From positions 96,001-160,000 of the forward strand of contig CAWDVE010000019.1 of assembly GCA_963805625.1 (NCBI GenBank): DNA of 64,000 bases. Direction: 5' to 3'. Origin of the DNA: an uncultured Candidatus Rokubacteria bacterium. Its GTDB lineage: Bacteria; Methylomirabilota; Methylomirabilia; Rokubacteriales; DASRDR01. The position numbers were made by a program, and so were the translations under genes. The number at the start of each line of letters is the position of its first letter. Position 1 is the stretch's first letter. Below the pieces are notes generated by a model. The model searched no databases. It was not told the origin of the DNA and saw only the letters and a list, made by a program, of their open reading frames with translations. Positions 48,950 to 58,607 of the stretch are shown piece by piece.

Positions 48950-50899
48950 ATGTTCGAGCACCTGCTGAGTCCGCTCAGGGTTGGCCGGCTCACGCTGCGC
49001 AGCCGCGTCCTCATCACCGCGCACGCGACGAACTTCGTCGACGCCGACGGGCTGCCCGACGCGCGGGCCGTCCACTACTACGCCGAGCGCGCGAGGGGCG
49101 GCGTCGGGCTCATGGTAACCGGCGCCTCCAGCGTTCACCCCTCGAGCCCGCGCGTGCGCGGCGTGGTCAACGCCCACGATCCCCGGGCCGGCCAGGCCTG
49201 GCGCGCGATCGCCGATGCGGTGCACGCCCAGCAGGGCCGCATCCTGGTCATGTTGACCCACATGGGGCGCGTGGGCCGGATGCCCGATATGCGGCCGCTG
49301 GTGGCACCGTCGCCGCTGATCGACGGGAACTTCCACCAGGCGGTGCCGCACGCCCTGGACACGCGGGAGATCGCCGAGATCGTCGCCGCCTTCGCCGAGG
49401 CCGCCGCGCGCGTGCGCGCCAGCGGGATGGACGGCGTCGAGCTGCAGGGCGCCCATGGATATCTCATCGCCCAGTTCCTCTCACCGCTCTCGAACCGCCG
49501 GACCGACGGTTACGGCGGCGACTTCGCCGGACGGTTACGCTTCGGCCTGGAGGTCGTGGACGCCGTGCGCCGGGCGGTCGGCCGCGACTACACGCTCGGA
49601 ATCCGGCTCTCCGCCGACGAGCTGGTCCCCGGGGGCATCGCGCTGGAGGAGTCACAGGAGGTCGTGCGGCGGCTCACCGCGACCGGCCACCTCGACTTCA
49701 TCGACATCAGCGCCGGGACGGACTCGGACCTGATGAGCCTGGCCGAGCACATCCCGTCCATGTACTTCCCGCCCGCCAACCTGGTCCACTTCGCGGCGGC
49801 GATCAAGCCGGTGACGCGGCTCCCGGTCTTCTGTGCGGGGGCGATCCGCGATCCCGCCGTCGCCGAGGGAATCGTCGCGAGTGGCCAGGCCGACATGGTG
49901 GGCATGACCCGGGCGCACATCGCGGACCCCCACGTGGTGCGAAAGCTCCGTGAGGGACGGGCCGAGGACATCCGCCGGTGCATCGGCTGCATGCAGGCGT
50001 GCCTCGAGGCGCTGGCCAACGGCCTGCCGATCGGGTGCGTGTACAACCCGGTCACGGGGCGCGAAGGGGAGTGGGCTACGCTCGAGCCGGCCCCGCGGCA
50101 GCGGCGCGTGGTGGTCGTGGGCGGCGGCCCGGCGGGCCTGGAGGCGGCGCGGGTCGCCGCGCTCCGTGGCCACCGCGTGGTGCTCCTCGAGGCGTCGGCG
50201 CGGCTCGGCGGCCAGCTTCACCTGGCGGCGAGGCTCCCGAAACGCGAGAACTTCCTGGAGATCGTCAGCTTCCTCTCGCGGCAGACTGCAAAGCTCGGCG
50301 TCGAGGTGAGGCTCGGCTGTCGCGCCGATGTCGACATGGTCCGGGCGGAGCGTCCTGATACGGTCGTGGTGGCGACCGGAAGCCGTCCCACGATCCCGGA
50401 CGGGCTGTCCGGCGTGCCGGGGTCGCTCGTTCATGTGGCGGACGTTGTGAGCGGCGAGGCCCGCGTGGGCGACCGCGTCCTGGTCGTGGATCAGGACGGC
50501 CACCTGCGAGGGTCGGGGGTGGCTGACCTCCTCGCTGGCCAGGGTCGCCGGGTCTCCATCGTGAGCGAGCAGCTCTACGTGGGGCTGGGCATCGACCTGA
50601 AGACGCTCTACCCCTTGCAGCGCCGACTGCGCGAGCAGGGTGTCGAGATGCTGCCGTCGACCCGGTTCGTCGGCTGGGACGCCGGGCGCCCGCTGGTCGC
50701 CGACGTCTTTACCGGGGCCGAGCGGACGCTGGCCGACGTCGATACGGTGGTCTGGGCCGCCGCGGGCCGCGTGGTCGCCGAGCTCGTCGAGCCGCTTCGC
50801 TTGGCCGGGCTCCCGGTCCACGCGGTCGGTGACTGCGTCGCGCCCCGGCGAGTCGAGCACGCCGTCCACGAGGCCCACGCGGTCGCCCGCGCGCTCTAG
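48950..50899 (+). CDS. NADH:flavin oxidoreductase (OYE barrel + FeS + FAD domain; 2,4-dienoyl-CoA reductase/TMADH-like)
   Basis: HGYLIAQFLSP, NRRTDGYGG, CIGCMQAC...CVYNP, GGGPAG, GDCVAPR. Confidence 0.9.
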   Translation: MFEHLLSPLRVGRLTLRSRVLITAHATNFVDADGLPDARAVHYYAERARGGVGLMVTGASSVHPSSPRVRGVVNAHDPRAGQAWRAIADAVHAQQGRILVMLTHMGRVGRMPDMRPLVAPSPLIDGNFHQAVPHALDTREIAEIVAAFAEAAARVRASGMDGVELQGAHGYLIAQFLSPLSNRRTDGYGGDFAGRLRFGLEVVDAVRRAVGRDYTLGIRLSADELVPGGIALEESQEVVRRLTATGHLDFIDISAGTDSDLMSLAEHIPSMYFPPANLVHFAAAIKPVTRLPVFCAGAIRDPAVAEGIVASGQADMVGMTRAHIADPHVVRKLREGRAEDIRRCIGCMQACLEALANGLPIGCVYNPVTGREGEWATLEPAPRQRRVVVVGGGPAGLEAARVAALRGHRVVLLEASARLGGQLHLAARLPKRENFLEIVSFLSRQTAKLGVEVRLGCRADVDMVRAERPDTVVVATGSRPTIPDGLSGVPGSLVHVADVVSGEARVGDRVLVVDQDGHLRGSGVADLLAGQGRRVSIVSEQLYVGLGIDLKTLYPLQRRLREQGVEMLPSTRFVGWDAGRPLVADVFTGAERTLADVDTVVWAAAGRVVAELVEPLRLAGLPVHAVGDCVAPRRVEHAVHEAHAVARAL

Positions 50900-51028
50900 C
50901 GACGGACCCTTGTCCACGCTGTCGTTCTACCTGGTGCTCGGTAGGAGCGTGAGACACCGGGCCTGACGCCTCGGCCGAGTCCGGGGCGAACATGAGACTC
51001 CGGCTGGGCTGAGGGGAGAGAGACGGTT

Positions 51029-51721
51029 CTACGCGTGGCGCTCGTGAGCCGCTCGCTCCACGTCCTCGCGGACGAGCAGGCCGATCAGCTCTCCGGCCGA
51101 GGTCGTCACGGGCGCGTTCGGGAGATCGTGCTGGGCCATGTGCTCCGCGATCTCGGCGATGGCAACGTTCGGTCGGAAGGTGCTCGGTCCGGGGCGCATG
51201 GCGGACTCGGCCGTGAGGTCTCCTTCCCGGCCAAGCTGCTCGGCGCGGAGAAGCCCCATGACGATCCGCGCCTCGTTGACCACGACGCAGGCGTCCCACC
51301 CCACCGCTCGGGCGCGCTCCCGCACGTCCCGGAGGGATTCTTCGAGATGGCACATCGGCACGTCCCGGCGCGCGATCGTCCCCGCGGTGGGCCGGCCTGA
51401 CGCCTCGCCCTCGGTGGGGAGTCCGGCTGCCATCCAGTCCGACTTGCCCGCCGGGTAGTCGTACACGTCGAGGAACCCGAGGCTCTCGAGCCGCCACGCG
51501 GCTCGTGGACTCAGGTCTCAGGCGGAGTCCCAGCAGTAGACGACGACCGGGCGGTCGGGATCCAGGGCAGCCCTGGCCTCCGCGTCGATCTTCCTAAGGG
51601 GGAGGTGGATCGCGCCCGGAAGATGCCGCTCGTCGAACGCTTCCCTGGGCAGCACCTCGACGAGTTGCGCACCCTCCGCCACCAGCCGCCGCACGTCCTC
51701 GCGTCCGATATGGGTCGGCAT
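51029..51721 (-). CDS. Rhodanese-CBS domain selenoprotein, UGA at 51518-51520
   Basis: ORFs 51518-51721 and 51029-51466 share a frame: VVVYCWDSA-UGA-DLSPRAAWRLESLGFLDVYDYPAGKSDW, then a CBS pair; perfect 8-bp hairpin after the UGA. Confidence 0.82.
51487..51505 (-). promoter_or_regulatory. Putative bacterial SECIS element
   Basis: CGAGCCGC-GUG-GCGGCUCG starts 12 nt after the UGA; GU in the loop. Confidence 0.65.
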
Positions 51722-51937
51722 GTCTCTTCCTCCAGGTCGCCCGTTCCCCTCAAGCGGTACCGCACCTTCCGGTCGAACCCGGGCGCTCGGTCACGGGAGC
51801 CCTCGTCCGTTCGTCGCGATCGCACGCAGCTCATCGGCGAGACCCGTCAGCTGCGCCCCGGCGGTCATCCACTGCTATCATAGCGCCGGCGTCCGGACCT
51901 CCCCACCGGCGTGCCGGCACATCGAGGAGGCGCGAGC

Positions 51938-53992
51938 GTGCAGATGGGCGTGGACATCGGCGGCACCTTCACCGACATCGTCGCGCTCGGCGATGATGGC
52001 CGGCTCCACCTGACCAAGGTGCCGACCACTCCGAAGGACCTGCTCCGCGGCCTCGCCGCCGCCGTCCGGGGGGTGCTCGCGCTGGCCGGGGCGGAGGCGG
52101 GCGGCGTCCGGCGCTTCATCCACGGGACCACCGTCGCCACGAACGCCATCCTCGAGCAGACCGGCGCTGTCACCGGCGTGTTCATGACCGCGGGCTTCGA
52201 GGACGTTCTCGAACTCGGCCGGCAGAAGCGCTCCCGCATGTACGACCTCGACATGGATGCGGAGACGCCCGCGTTCCTGGCCCCGCGGCGCCGCCGGGTG
52301 GGGATCCGCGAGCGGCTCGACGCCCGCGGCCGGGTCCTGGTGCCGCTGGACGAGGCCCAGGTGCGAGCGGAGGCAGCCAGGCTCCGGGACGAGGGGATCC
52401 AGGCGCTCGCCGTCTGCTACCTCTTCTCGTTCCTCGATCCCGCGCACGAGCGCCGGACACGCGAGCTCATCCGCGAGGTCGCCCCGGGCGTCGCGATCTC
52501 GCTCTCCTCCGAGGTCGACCCCACCTTCCGCGAGTACGAGCGGCTCTGCGTGACCGCCTTCGACGCGTATCTCGGGCCCCTCGTCGGCCGTTACCTGGCC
52601 GGCCTCAGCGAGACGCTGCGGCGCCTCGGCGTGACCGCGGTGCCGCAGATCATGCGGTCCCGGGGGGGGATCGTGTCGGCGGCCGTCGCCAGGCGTCAGC
52701 CCGTCACCCTCTTCCTGTCCGGCCCAGCGGGCGGCGTCATCGGGGCGCAGTACGCGGCCGAGCGCTCCGGCGTACGGGACTTCATCTCGCTCGACATGGG
52801 CGGGACCAGCAACGACGTGAGCGTGGTCCACGGGGGCCAACCTGTCGTGGCGGCCGAAGGGCGGATCGGACCCTATCCGGTGCGGACACCGATGGTGGAC
52901 GTCAACACGATCGGCGCCGGGGGCGGGAGCATCGCGTGGTTGGATGCCGCCGGCGGCCTCCGGGTGGGTCCCCGGAGCGCGGGGGCGGAGCCGGGGCCCG
53001 CCTGCTACGGCCGGGGCGGGGACCGGCCGACCGTGACCGACGCGAGTGTCCTGCTCGGGTTCCTCGACCCCGCGAGCTTCGCGGGGGGATCGATCCGGCT
53101 CGACGTCCGCGCCTCGGAGACCGCGGTCGCGACGGTGGCCGGGCCCCTCGGGCTCGACCTCGTCGAGGCCGCCGCCGGCATCCACCGCGTGGTCAACGCA
53201 CGGATGGCCGACCAGATCCGGCTCATGACGATCCAGCGTGGGCACGATCCGCGAGGATTCACGCTGGTGCTCCTCGGCGGGGCGGGCCCGGTGCACGGCG
53301 CGTCCCTGGCGGAGGAGCTTGGCCTGCGGGACGTGCTCGTCCCGGAGGCGCCCGGCGTACTCTCGGCGCTCGGCCTCCTCGCCGCGGCCGTCGAGCACCA
53401 CCACGCCCGGACGCACCAGAGCGTGGTCGAGTCGGCGGACCTCGCCGCGATCGACGCGCTGCTCCGAGATCTCGACGCCACGGGCCGCGCCCAGATGCGC
53501 GACGAGGACGTGCCGCCCGACGCGGTAGAGGTGGCCTACACCGCGGATATGCGATACGTCGGCCAGGCGTACGAGCTTCCGGTGCCGATCCGGGCGCCGC
53601 TCGCCGCGGCGGATCTCGCGGGCGTCGAGGTCGCCTTCCACGCCGTCCACGAGCGTGTCTACGGCTACGCGCGCGCCGGCCAGCCCGTGGAGTTCGTCAA
53701 CCTCCGCGCCGTCCACACCTACCGTCTGCCGGCGCCCCGGATCCGACCGTCCGACCGGGCGCGCGGGACGGCGGCCGCCGCCCGGGTGGCCGAGCGCCCG
53801 GTGCACTTCGCGCCGGCGGGCTTCGTGCGGACGCCAATCTACGCGCGCCCCCGTCTGCCGCTCGGCGCCGAGCTCTCCGGGCCGGCCATCGTCGAACAGC
53901 CCGATACCACAACTGTCGTGCCGCCGGGCTGGGCGGCGCGCGTGGAAGAGTCGGGGAACCTCCTGCTCCGGCGCAGCCAGGGAGAGTCGTGA
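51938..53992 (+). CDS. Hydantoinase/oxoprolinase subunit A (second paralog)
   Basis: GVDIGGTFTD, HGTTVATN, SGPAGG, DMGGTS; GAGGAGG RBS. Confidence 0.93.
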   Translation: MQMGVDIGGTFTDIVALGDDGRLHLTKVPTTPKDLLRGLAAAVRGVLALAGAEAGGVRRFIHGTTVATNAILEQTGAVTGVFMTAGFEDVLELGRQKRSRMYDLDMDAETPAFLAPRRRRVGIRERLDARGRVLVPLDEAQVRAEAARLRDEGIQALAVCYLFSFLDPAHERRTRELIREVAPGVAISLSSEVDPTFREYERLCVTAFDAYLGPLVGRYLAGLSETLRRLGVTAVPQIMRSRGGIVSAAVARRQPVTLFLSGPAGGVIGAQYAAERSGVRDFISLDMGGTSNDVSVVHGGQPVVAAEGRIGPYPVRTPMVDVNTIGAGGGSIAWLDAAGGLRVGPRSAGAEPGPACYGRGGDRPTVTDASVLLGFLDPASFAGGSIRLDVRASETAVATVAGPLGLDLVEAAAGIHRVVNARMADQIRLMTIQRGHDPRGFTLVLLGGAGPVHGASLAEELGLRDVLVPEAPGVLSALGLLAAAVEHHHARTHQSVVESADLAAIDALLRDLDATGRAQMRDEDVPPDAVEVAYTADMRYVGQAYELPVPIRAPLAAADLAGVEVAFHAVHERVYGYARAGQPVEFVNLRAVHTYRLPAPRIRPSDRARGTAAAARVAERPVHFAPAGFVRTPIYARPRLPLGAELSGPAIVEQPDTTTVVPPGWAARVEESGNLLLRRSQGES

Positions 53993-55785
53993 TGGCGACG
54001 CGGGCCGTCGACCCGATCCTGCTGGAGGTCATCCGGAACCGGCTGGAGACGATCGCCGACGAGATGGAGCTGACGCTCCTGAAGAGCGCCGCCTCTCCGA
54101 TCGTGAAGGAGGGGCTCGACGCGTCCGCCGCCCTCTTCAATGTGCGCGGGGAGACGATTGCCCAGGCGGCGGCGATTCCCATCCACCTCGGGTGTCTCGA
54201 ACTCGCCGCCCGCCGGATCGTGCGGGCCTTCCCGCCGCAGACGATGGCGGAGGGGGACGCGTTCCTCCTGAACGACCCGTACGACGGCGGCACGCATCTG
54301 CCCGACATCACCCTGGCGGTCCCGGTGCTGGCCGACGGGCGCGTCGTCGCGCTGGCATGCACGATGTGCCACCACCAGGACGTCGGGGGCCGCACGCCGG
54401 GCAGCGTGCCGACGGACGCCACGGAGATCTACCAGGAGGGGCTCATCATCCCGCCGACTCGGTTGTTCCGCGGGGGCGCGCTTGATGAGAACCTGTTCGC
54501 CCTCCTCCGCCGCAACGTGCGCATCCCGGACGTGTTCACCGGGGACCTCATGGCCCAGGTGGCCGCGGGTCGCCTCGGCGGGATCCGCCTCAACGAGCTG
54601 TTCGTCCGCTACGGAACCGAGACCGTGCTCGGATACGTCGACGAGCTGCTCGAGCGCGCGGAGACCCTGACGCGCCGCGGAATCGAGGCCATTCCCGACG
54701 GGACCTACGCCTTCGCCGACTGGCTCGACAACGACGGGATCGACGACCGCCCGGTCCGGATCCAGGTGGCGGTGACCGTGCGAGGCTCGACGATGACCTT
54801 CGACTTCACGGGCACGAGTCCCCAGGTCCGCGGTCCGTTCAACTCGGTGCCCGCTTCCACTCTGTCCGCGGTCTACTACGCCGTGCGCGCCATCTCGGAC
54901 CCGACCGTTCCGAACAACGGCGGCTGCTTCCGGGCGGTCGACACGGTGCTGCCGCTCGGGAGCCTCGTCAATCCTCGGCCGCCGGCCCCGGTAAGCTGCC
55001 GCACGGCCACCATCAAGCGGATCGCCGACACCATCCTGGGCGCTCTCGTCAGGGCCCTCCCGCAGCGCATGCCGGCGGCCAGCTCCGGCACGCTCCTCGT
55101 GATGGCCTTCGGGGGGACAGATCCCGGGACGGGCCGCCCGTTCGTCGCCAGCGAGCTGGCCGCGGGCGGCATGGGCGCCCGCCCCGCGAAGGACGGCATC
55201 CACGTGGTTGAGACCGACGTGACTAACTGCATGAACATCCCTGTCGAAGCGCTCGAGATGAATTTCCCGCTCCGGGTGACCCGGGCCGGCCTGTGGACGG
55301 ACTCAGCCGGCGCGGGCGCGGCGCGGGGCGGCCTCGGGCTCGAGAAGGTCTTCGAAGCCACCGTCACCGACGTCACTGTCGCCCACCGCAGCGAGCGGTT
55401 TGCCTCGGCGCCGTGGGGGCTCTTCGGCGGCGGCCCGGCGCGGCGCGGGCGCGCCTTCCTCGTTCGGCGCGACGGGACCCGGGAGGAGGTGCCCTCCAAG
55501 AAGATGCTCGTGCTCCATCCCGGCGACCAGCTGTGGGAGTACATCCCGGGCGGCGCCGGCTGGGGGGACGCGCTCGAGCGCGATCCGGACCGGGTGCTCG
55601 CGGACGCGCTCGACCGTGCGATCTCGGTCGAGGCCGCCCGCGCCGAGTACGGCGTCGTCCTCTCACCAGACGGGACGGCCGTCGATCACGACGCGACAAA
55701 GGAGTGCCGCGACGCGATGCGCCGGGCCCGCGGGCCCATCCGCTGGGTTTTTGACCGGGGCGGCGAGCACGGCCGCGAGGGCTGA
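53992..55785 (+). CDS. Hydantoinase B/oxoprolinase subunit B (second paralog)
   Basis: NDPYDGGTHLPD, HHQDVGG, EIYQEG, NIPVE; TGATG overlap. Confidence 0.93.
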   Translation: MATRAVDPILLEVIRNRLETIADEMELTLLKSAASPIVKEGLDASAALFNVRGETIAQAAAIPIHLGCLELAARRIVRAFPPQTMAEGDAFLLNDPYDGGTHLPDITLAVPVLADGRVVALACTMCHHQDVGGRTPGSVPTDATEIYQEGLIIPPTRLFRGGALDENLFALLRRNVRIPDVFTGDLMAQVAAGRLGGIRLNELFVRYGTETVLGYVDELLERAETLTRRGIEAIPDGTYAFADWLDNDGIDDRPVRIQVAVTVRGSTMTFDFTGTSPQVRGPFNSVPASTLSAVYYAVRAISDPTVPNNGGCFRAVDTVLPLGSLVNPRPPAPVSCRTATIKRIADTILGALVRALPQRMPAASSGTLLVMAFGGTDPGTGRPFVASELAAGGMGARPAKDGIHVVETDVTNCMNIPVEALEMNFPLRVTRAGLWTDSAGAGAARGGLGLEKVFEATVTDVTVAHRSERFASAPWGLFGGGPARRGRAFLVRRDGTREEVPSKKMLVLHPGDQLWEYIPGGAGWGDALERDPDRVLADALDRAISVEAARAEYGVVLSPDGTAVDHDATKECRDAMRRARGPIRWVFDRGGEHGREG

Positions 55786-55794
55786 GGTTCCCGG

Positions 55795-57081
55795 ATGGAG
55801 CGCGCGTCGGACGTCGTCGTGATCGGGGGCGGGATCGTCGGGAGCGCGATCGCTTACCAGCTCGCCCGTCGCGGCGTGGGCGTGGTGCTGGTGGAGCGGA
55901 ACGAGATCGCAGGAGAGCAGTCAGGCCGTAACTGGGGGTTCGTGCGTCAGCAGGGGCGGGACCCGGCCGAAGTTCCGCTCATGATGGAAGCGAACCGCAT
56001 CTGGCGCGGCCTCGAGCAGGAGCTCGGGGCCGACATCGAGTGGGTCCAGGGCGGGAACATGGCGCTCGCCGCGGCCCCCGAGCGCCTCGCCCTGTTCGAA
56101 CGCTGGCTCGAGACGGCGCGGGAGGCCGGGCTCGACACTCGCGTGCTCAGCTCGCGAGAAGTCCAGGCGCTCCTGCCCGGCATGGCGCGCACCTGGCTCG
56201 GGGGGCTCTACACGGCGAGCGACGGCCACGCCGAGCCCGCGAAGGCGACCCACGCGCTGGCCGACGCGGCCGTCAAGCAAGGCGCGCGCCTCTACCCGCG
56301 CTGCGCCGCCGTGGGCATCGAGACCGAGGGCGGCCGGGTAAGCGGCGTCCGGACGGAGGGCGGCACGGTCCGGGCGCGGACGGTGGTGTGTGCGGCCGGC
56401 GCCTGGTCGGCCTGGCTCGTTCGCCCCCTCGGGCTCCACCTCCCCCAGCGCTGGGTGCGGGCGACCGTGGCGCGGACCACGCCGGCGCCGCCCCTCACGC
56501 GCGCGGGAGTGTGGGGACCGGCCGTGTCGTTCCGCCAGCGCCGGGACGGCACGCTGAATCTCGCCGCGGGCGGCGCCGCCGACCACGACATCACTCTCCA
56601 GTCGTTCCGGCACGCGCGGCTCTTCTTCCCGAACTACTGGAAGAACCGGAAGCTCTTCCGCTTCCACGTCGGCCGGCCGCTCCTGCGGGATCTGGCTGGG
56701 CTCCTGCCGGGGTCCTGGGCGCGTCGGCACCCGCTGACGTGGGACCGACACACGGAGCCGGTGCCGAACGCGGCGAAGGTGCAGAGGAGCCTCGCCGAGC
56801 TGCGCGCGCTGTACCCGGCGATCGGTGCGCTCGAGATCACGCGCAGCTGGGCGGGCCACATCGATGCGACTCCGGACGCCCTTCCGGTCGTGGGTGAGGC
56901 CGGGCCGGCCGGTCTCGTTCTGGCGACCGGGTTCACCGGCCACGGCTTCGCGATGGGGCCGATCGTCGGGCGGCTCGTCGCCGAGCTCGTCACCGACGGC
57001 AGGCCCTCGCTCGATCTCCGCGCATTCCGGTTCTCCCGCTTCGTCGAGGGCGCCGTCGGCACGCCGCGCAGCGTGCTTTGA
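55795..57081 (+). CDS. FAD-dependent amino acid oxidase/dehydrogenase (DAO family)
   Basis: VIGGGIVG, EQSGRNWG, WAGHIDATPD, GFTGHGFAMGP. Confidence 0.9.
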   Translation: MERASDVVVIGGGIVGSAIAYQLARRGVGVVLVERNEIAGEQSGRNWGFVRQQGRDPAEVPLMMEANRIWRGLEQELGADIEWVQGGNMALAAAPERLALFERWLETAREAGLDTRVLSSREVQALLPGMARTWLGGLYTASDGHAEPAKATHALADAAVKQGARLYPRCAAVGIETEGGRVSGVRTEGGTVRARTVVCAAGAWSAWLVRPLGLHLPQRWVRATVARTTPAPPLTRAGVWGPAVSFRQRRDGTLNLAAGGAADHDITLQSFRHARLFFPNYWKNRKLFRFHVGRPLLRDLAGLLPGSWARRHPLTWDRHTEPVPNAAKVQRSLAELRALYPAIGALEITRSWAGHIDATPDALPVVGEAGPAGLVLATGFTGHGFAMGPIVGRLVAELVTDGRPSLDLRAFRFSRFVEGAVGTPRSVL

Positions 57082-57158
57082 CGGCCCGGGAGACGCGAAG
57101 ATGACGAGGTCGAAGGGCGGCTGCGGGCGGAAAAGGGGCGACCCCGCCCGCCGCGCGC

Positions 57159-57305
57159 TCACCTCGTCGGTTTCTTCGCATGCTTGAAGAACTGCACTTG
57201 TCGCTCCCGCTTCAGCGCCTCCGCGCGCGTCCGGTAGGGCCCGCCGAGATTGCGCGAGCCATCCTTCGAGTACAGCACGTAACCCTTGGCTGTCTTCTTG
57301 ATCAT
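57159..57305 (-). CDS. Small basic protein (48 aa), missing from the ORF track
   Basis: MIKKTAKGYVLYSKDGSRNLGGPYRTRAEALKRERQVQFFKHAKKPTR; GGAGG RBS. Confidence 0.7.
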   Translation of the reverse strand: MIKKTAKGYVLYSKDGSRNLGGPYRTRAEALKRERQVQFFKHAKKPTR

Positions 57306-57807
57306 GACTGCCTCCGTCGTCACCCTGGCCCTCGCGCGCCCTCGACATGGTAGAGGTGGCTGTCCCAGTCATCTCTTGGCACGTTGACGGTGTCAAGCTC
57401 CCGCGACTCGGCGCGTGGAACGCCGCGGGCTCCTCGATCTGCGGCGTGCGACCGTGAGACCTGTCCCCAGACTCCGTGACCACCTTGGTTGAGGGTCCGC
57501 GAACTCCTCACCGCCGGGTTCAGCATCTGACCCTGAGCCTTGTCCACCCCCCCGGGACCGAAGGGCGTCGAGATGCTGACCCCGGTTGGCGAGCAATCCG
57601 GCCGCACAGCGCCAGGAGTGGTAGCGGGTTGCCGCGGTGCTCCGACAGGCTGCGATGGACTCTGGCAAGGGCTAGGATCCCGAGAATCGGCGCGATGTCC
57701 GTGGGTCGCGGCCGCTCGGGCTTCCAGAGAGGCCACTTTCCTGCTAAATTTCTATTCCCTGGAGCGCTCGGACGGCCAGGAACGCTGCGGAGTTGCGTGA
57801 CGACATC

Positions 57808-58029
57808 ATGACGGGCAAGGCGATCCAGGACCTCGTCGGGCGGGTGATGATCGACCGGGAGTTTCTTGCCCAGCTCGCCCGCGATCCGGACGTCATCCTC
57901 GCCGGCTACGAGCTCACCGCCGAGGAGCGGGCCGTCATCATGCAGGCCCTCGGGCGCGGGGCGTACGTCTCGGAGGATGAGCGCGCGCACGCCCTCCAGA
58001 ACGCCCTGCTGAAGCGATGGGCCACCTGA
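57808..58029 (+). CDS. NHLP-clan (Os1348/Franean1_4349-like) leader-peptide protein
   Basis: AIQDLVGRVMIDREFLAQLARDPDVILAGYELTAEER fits the GR..D.EF..L..DP...L.GY.LT.EE pattern. Confidence 0.72.
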   Translation: MTGKAIQDLVGRVMIDREFLAQLARDPDVILAGYELTAEERAVIMQALGRGAYVSEDERAHALQNALLKRWAT

Positions 58030-58093
58030 TGCGCCACCAAGGCTCCCTGACGGACACGCGGCGTCCGCCGGGCAGGCGCGCGAGGCTGGCCTG

Positions 58094-58594
58094 ATGGAGC
58101 GCCTCCCCGAGATCGACTTTCTCCGCCAGGTGCCACTCTTCCAGGACGTCGAGGAGTCCGTCCTGCGCGAGCTCTGGTTCACCTTCCGCGAGCGGCGTCT
58201 CCGGAAGGGCGATGTGCTCTTCCGCACCGGGGATCCGGGCGAGGAGCTGTTCCTCATCAAGGAGGGCAGCATCGTCGTCTCGAAGCCCGTCACCGGGCGG
58301 ATCGAGCAGGTGCTCGCCCGGCTCGAGCCGGGCGAGGCGTTCGGGGAGATGAGCGTCTTCGGGGACGAGCGCCACCGGTCGGCCACCTGCCAGGCCGACA
58401 TGGACGCCGTGCTCTACAGCCTCGATCGCGACAGCCTGGGCCGCTTCATCGCCGGCAGCCCGGTGACCGCCGCCAAGTTCTTCCAGCACATGGCGCAGGT
58501 GGCCTTCCAGCGGCTCCGCGACTCGACCGACCTGGTCGCCGAGGTCACCCGCTGGGGGCTCGAGGCCACGGGCCTGGACGTCGAGCACAAGTAG
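58094..58594 (+). CDS. Stand-alone cyclic nucleotide-binding domain protein
   Basis: LFRTGDPGEELFLIKEG; phosphate-binding cassette FGEMSV...RSAT; no HTH. Confidence 0.88.
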   Translation: MERLPEIDFLRQVPLFQDVEESVLRELWFTFRERRLRKGDVLFRTGDPGEELFLIKEGSIVVSKPVTGRIEQVLARLEPGEAFGEMSVFGDERHRSATCQADMDAVLYSLDRDSLGRFIAGSPVTAAKFFQHMAQVAFQRLRDSTDLVAEVTRWGLEATGLDVEHK

Positions 58595-58607
58595 TCCCGC
58601 AATCCCC

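Noticed and set aside
57575-57634. c-di-GMP-I (GEMM) riboswitch-like words (GGCCGCACAGC...GGTAGCGGGTTGCCG) upstream of the NHLP module
   Set aside because: Lacks the 5' GGCAAA and the CUAA tetraloop receptor, and P3 is too short. Not called without a cmsearch hit.
57808-58029. Daptide precursor, based on the C-terminal Thr and the RRE-protease neighbour
   Set aside because: No oxidative decarboxylase, aminotransferase or methyltransferase genes nearby, and the leader is NHLP-like; kept only as an analogy.
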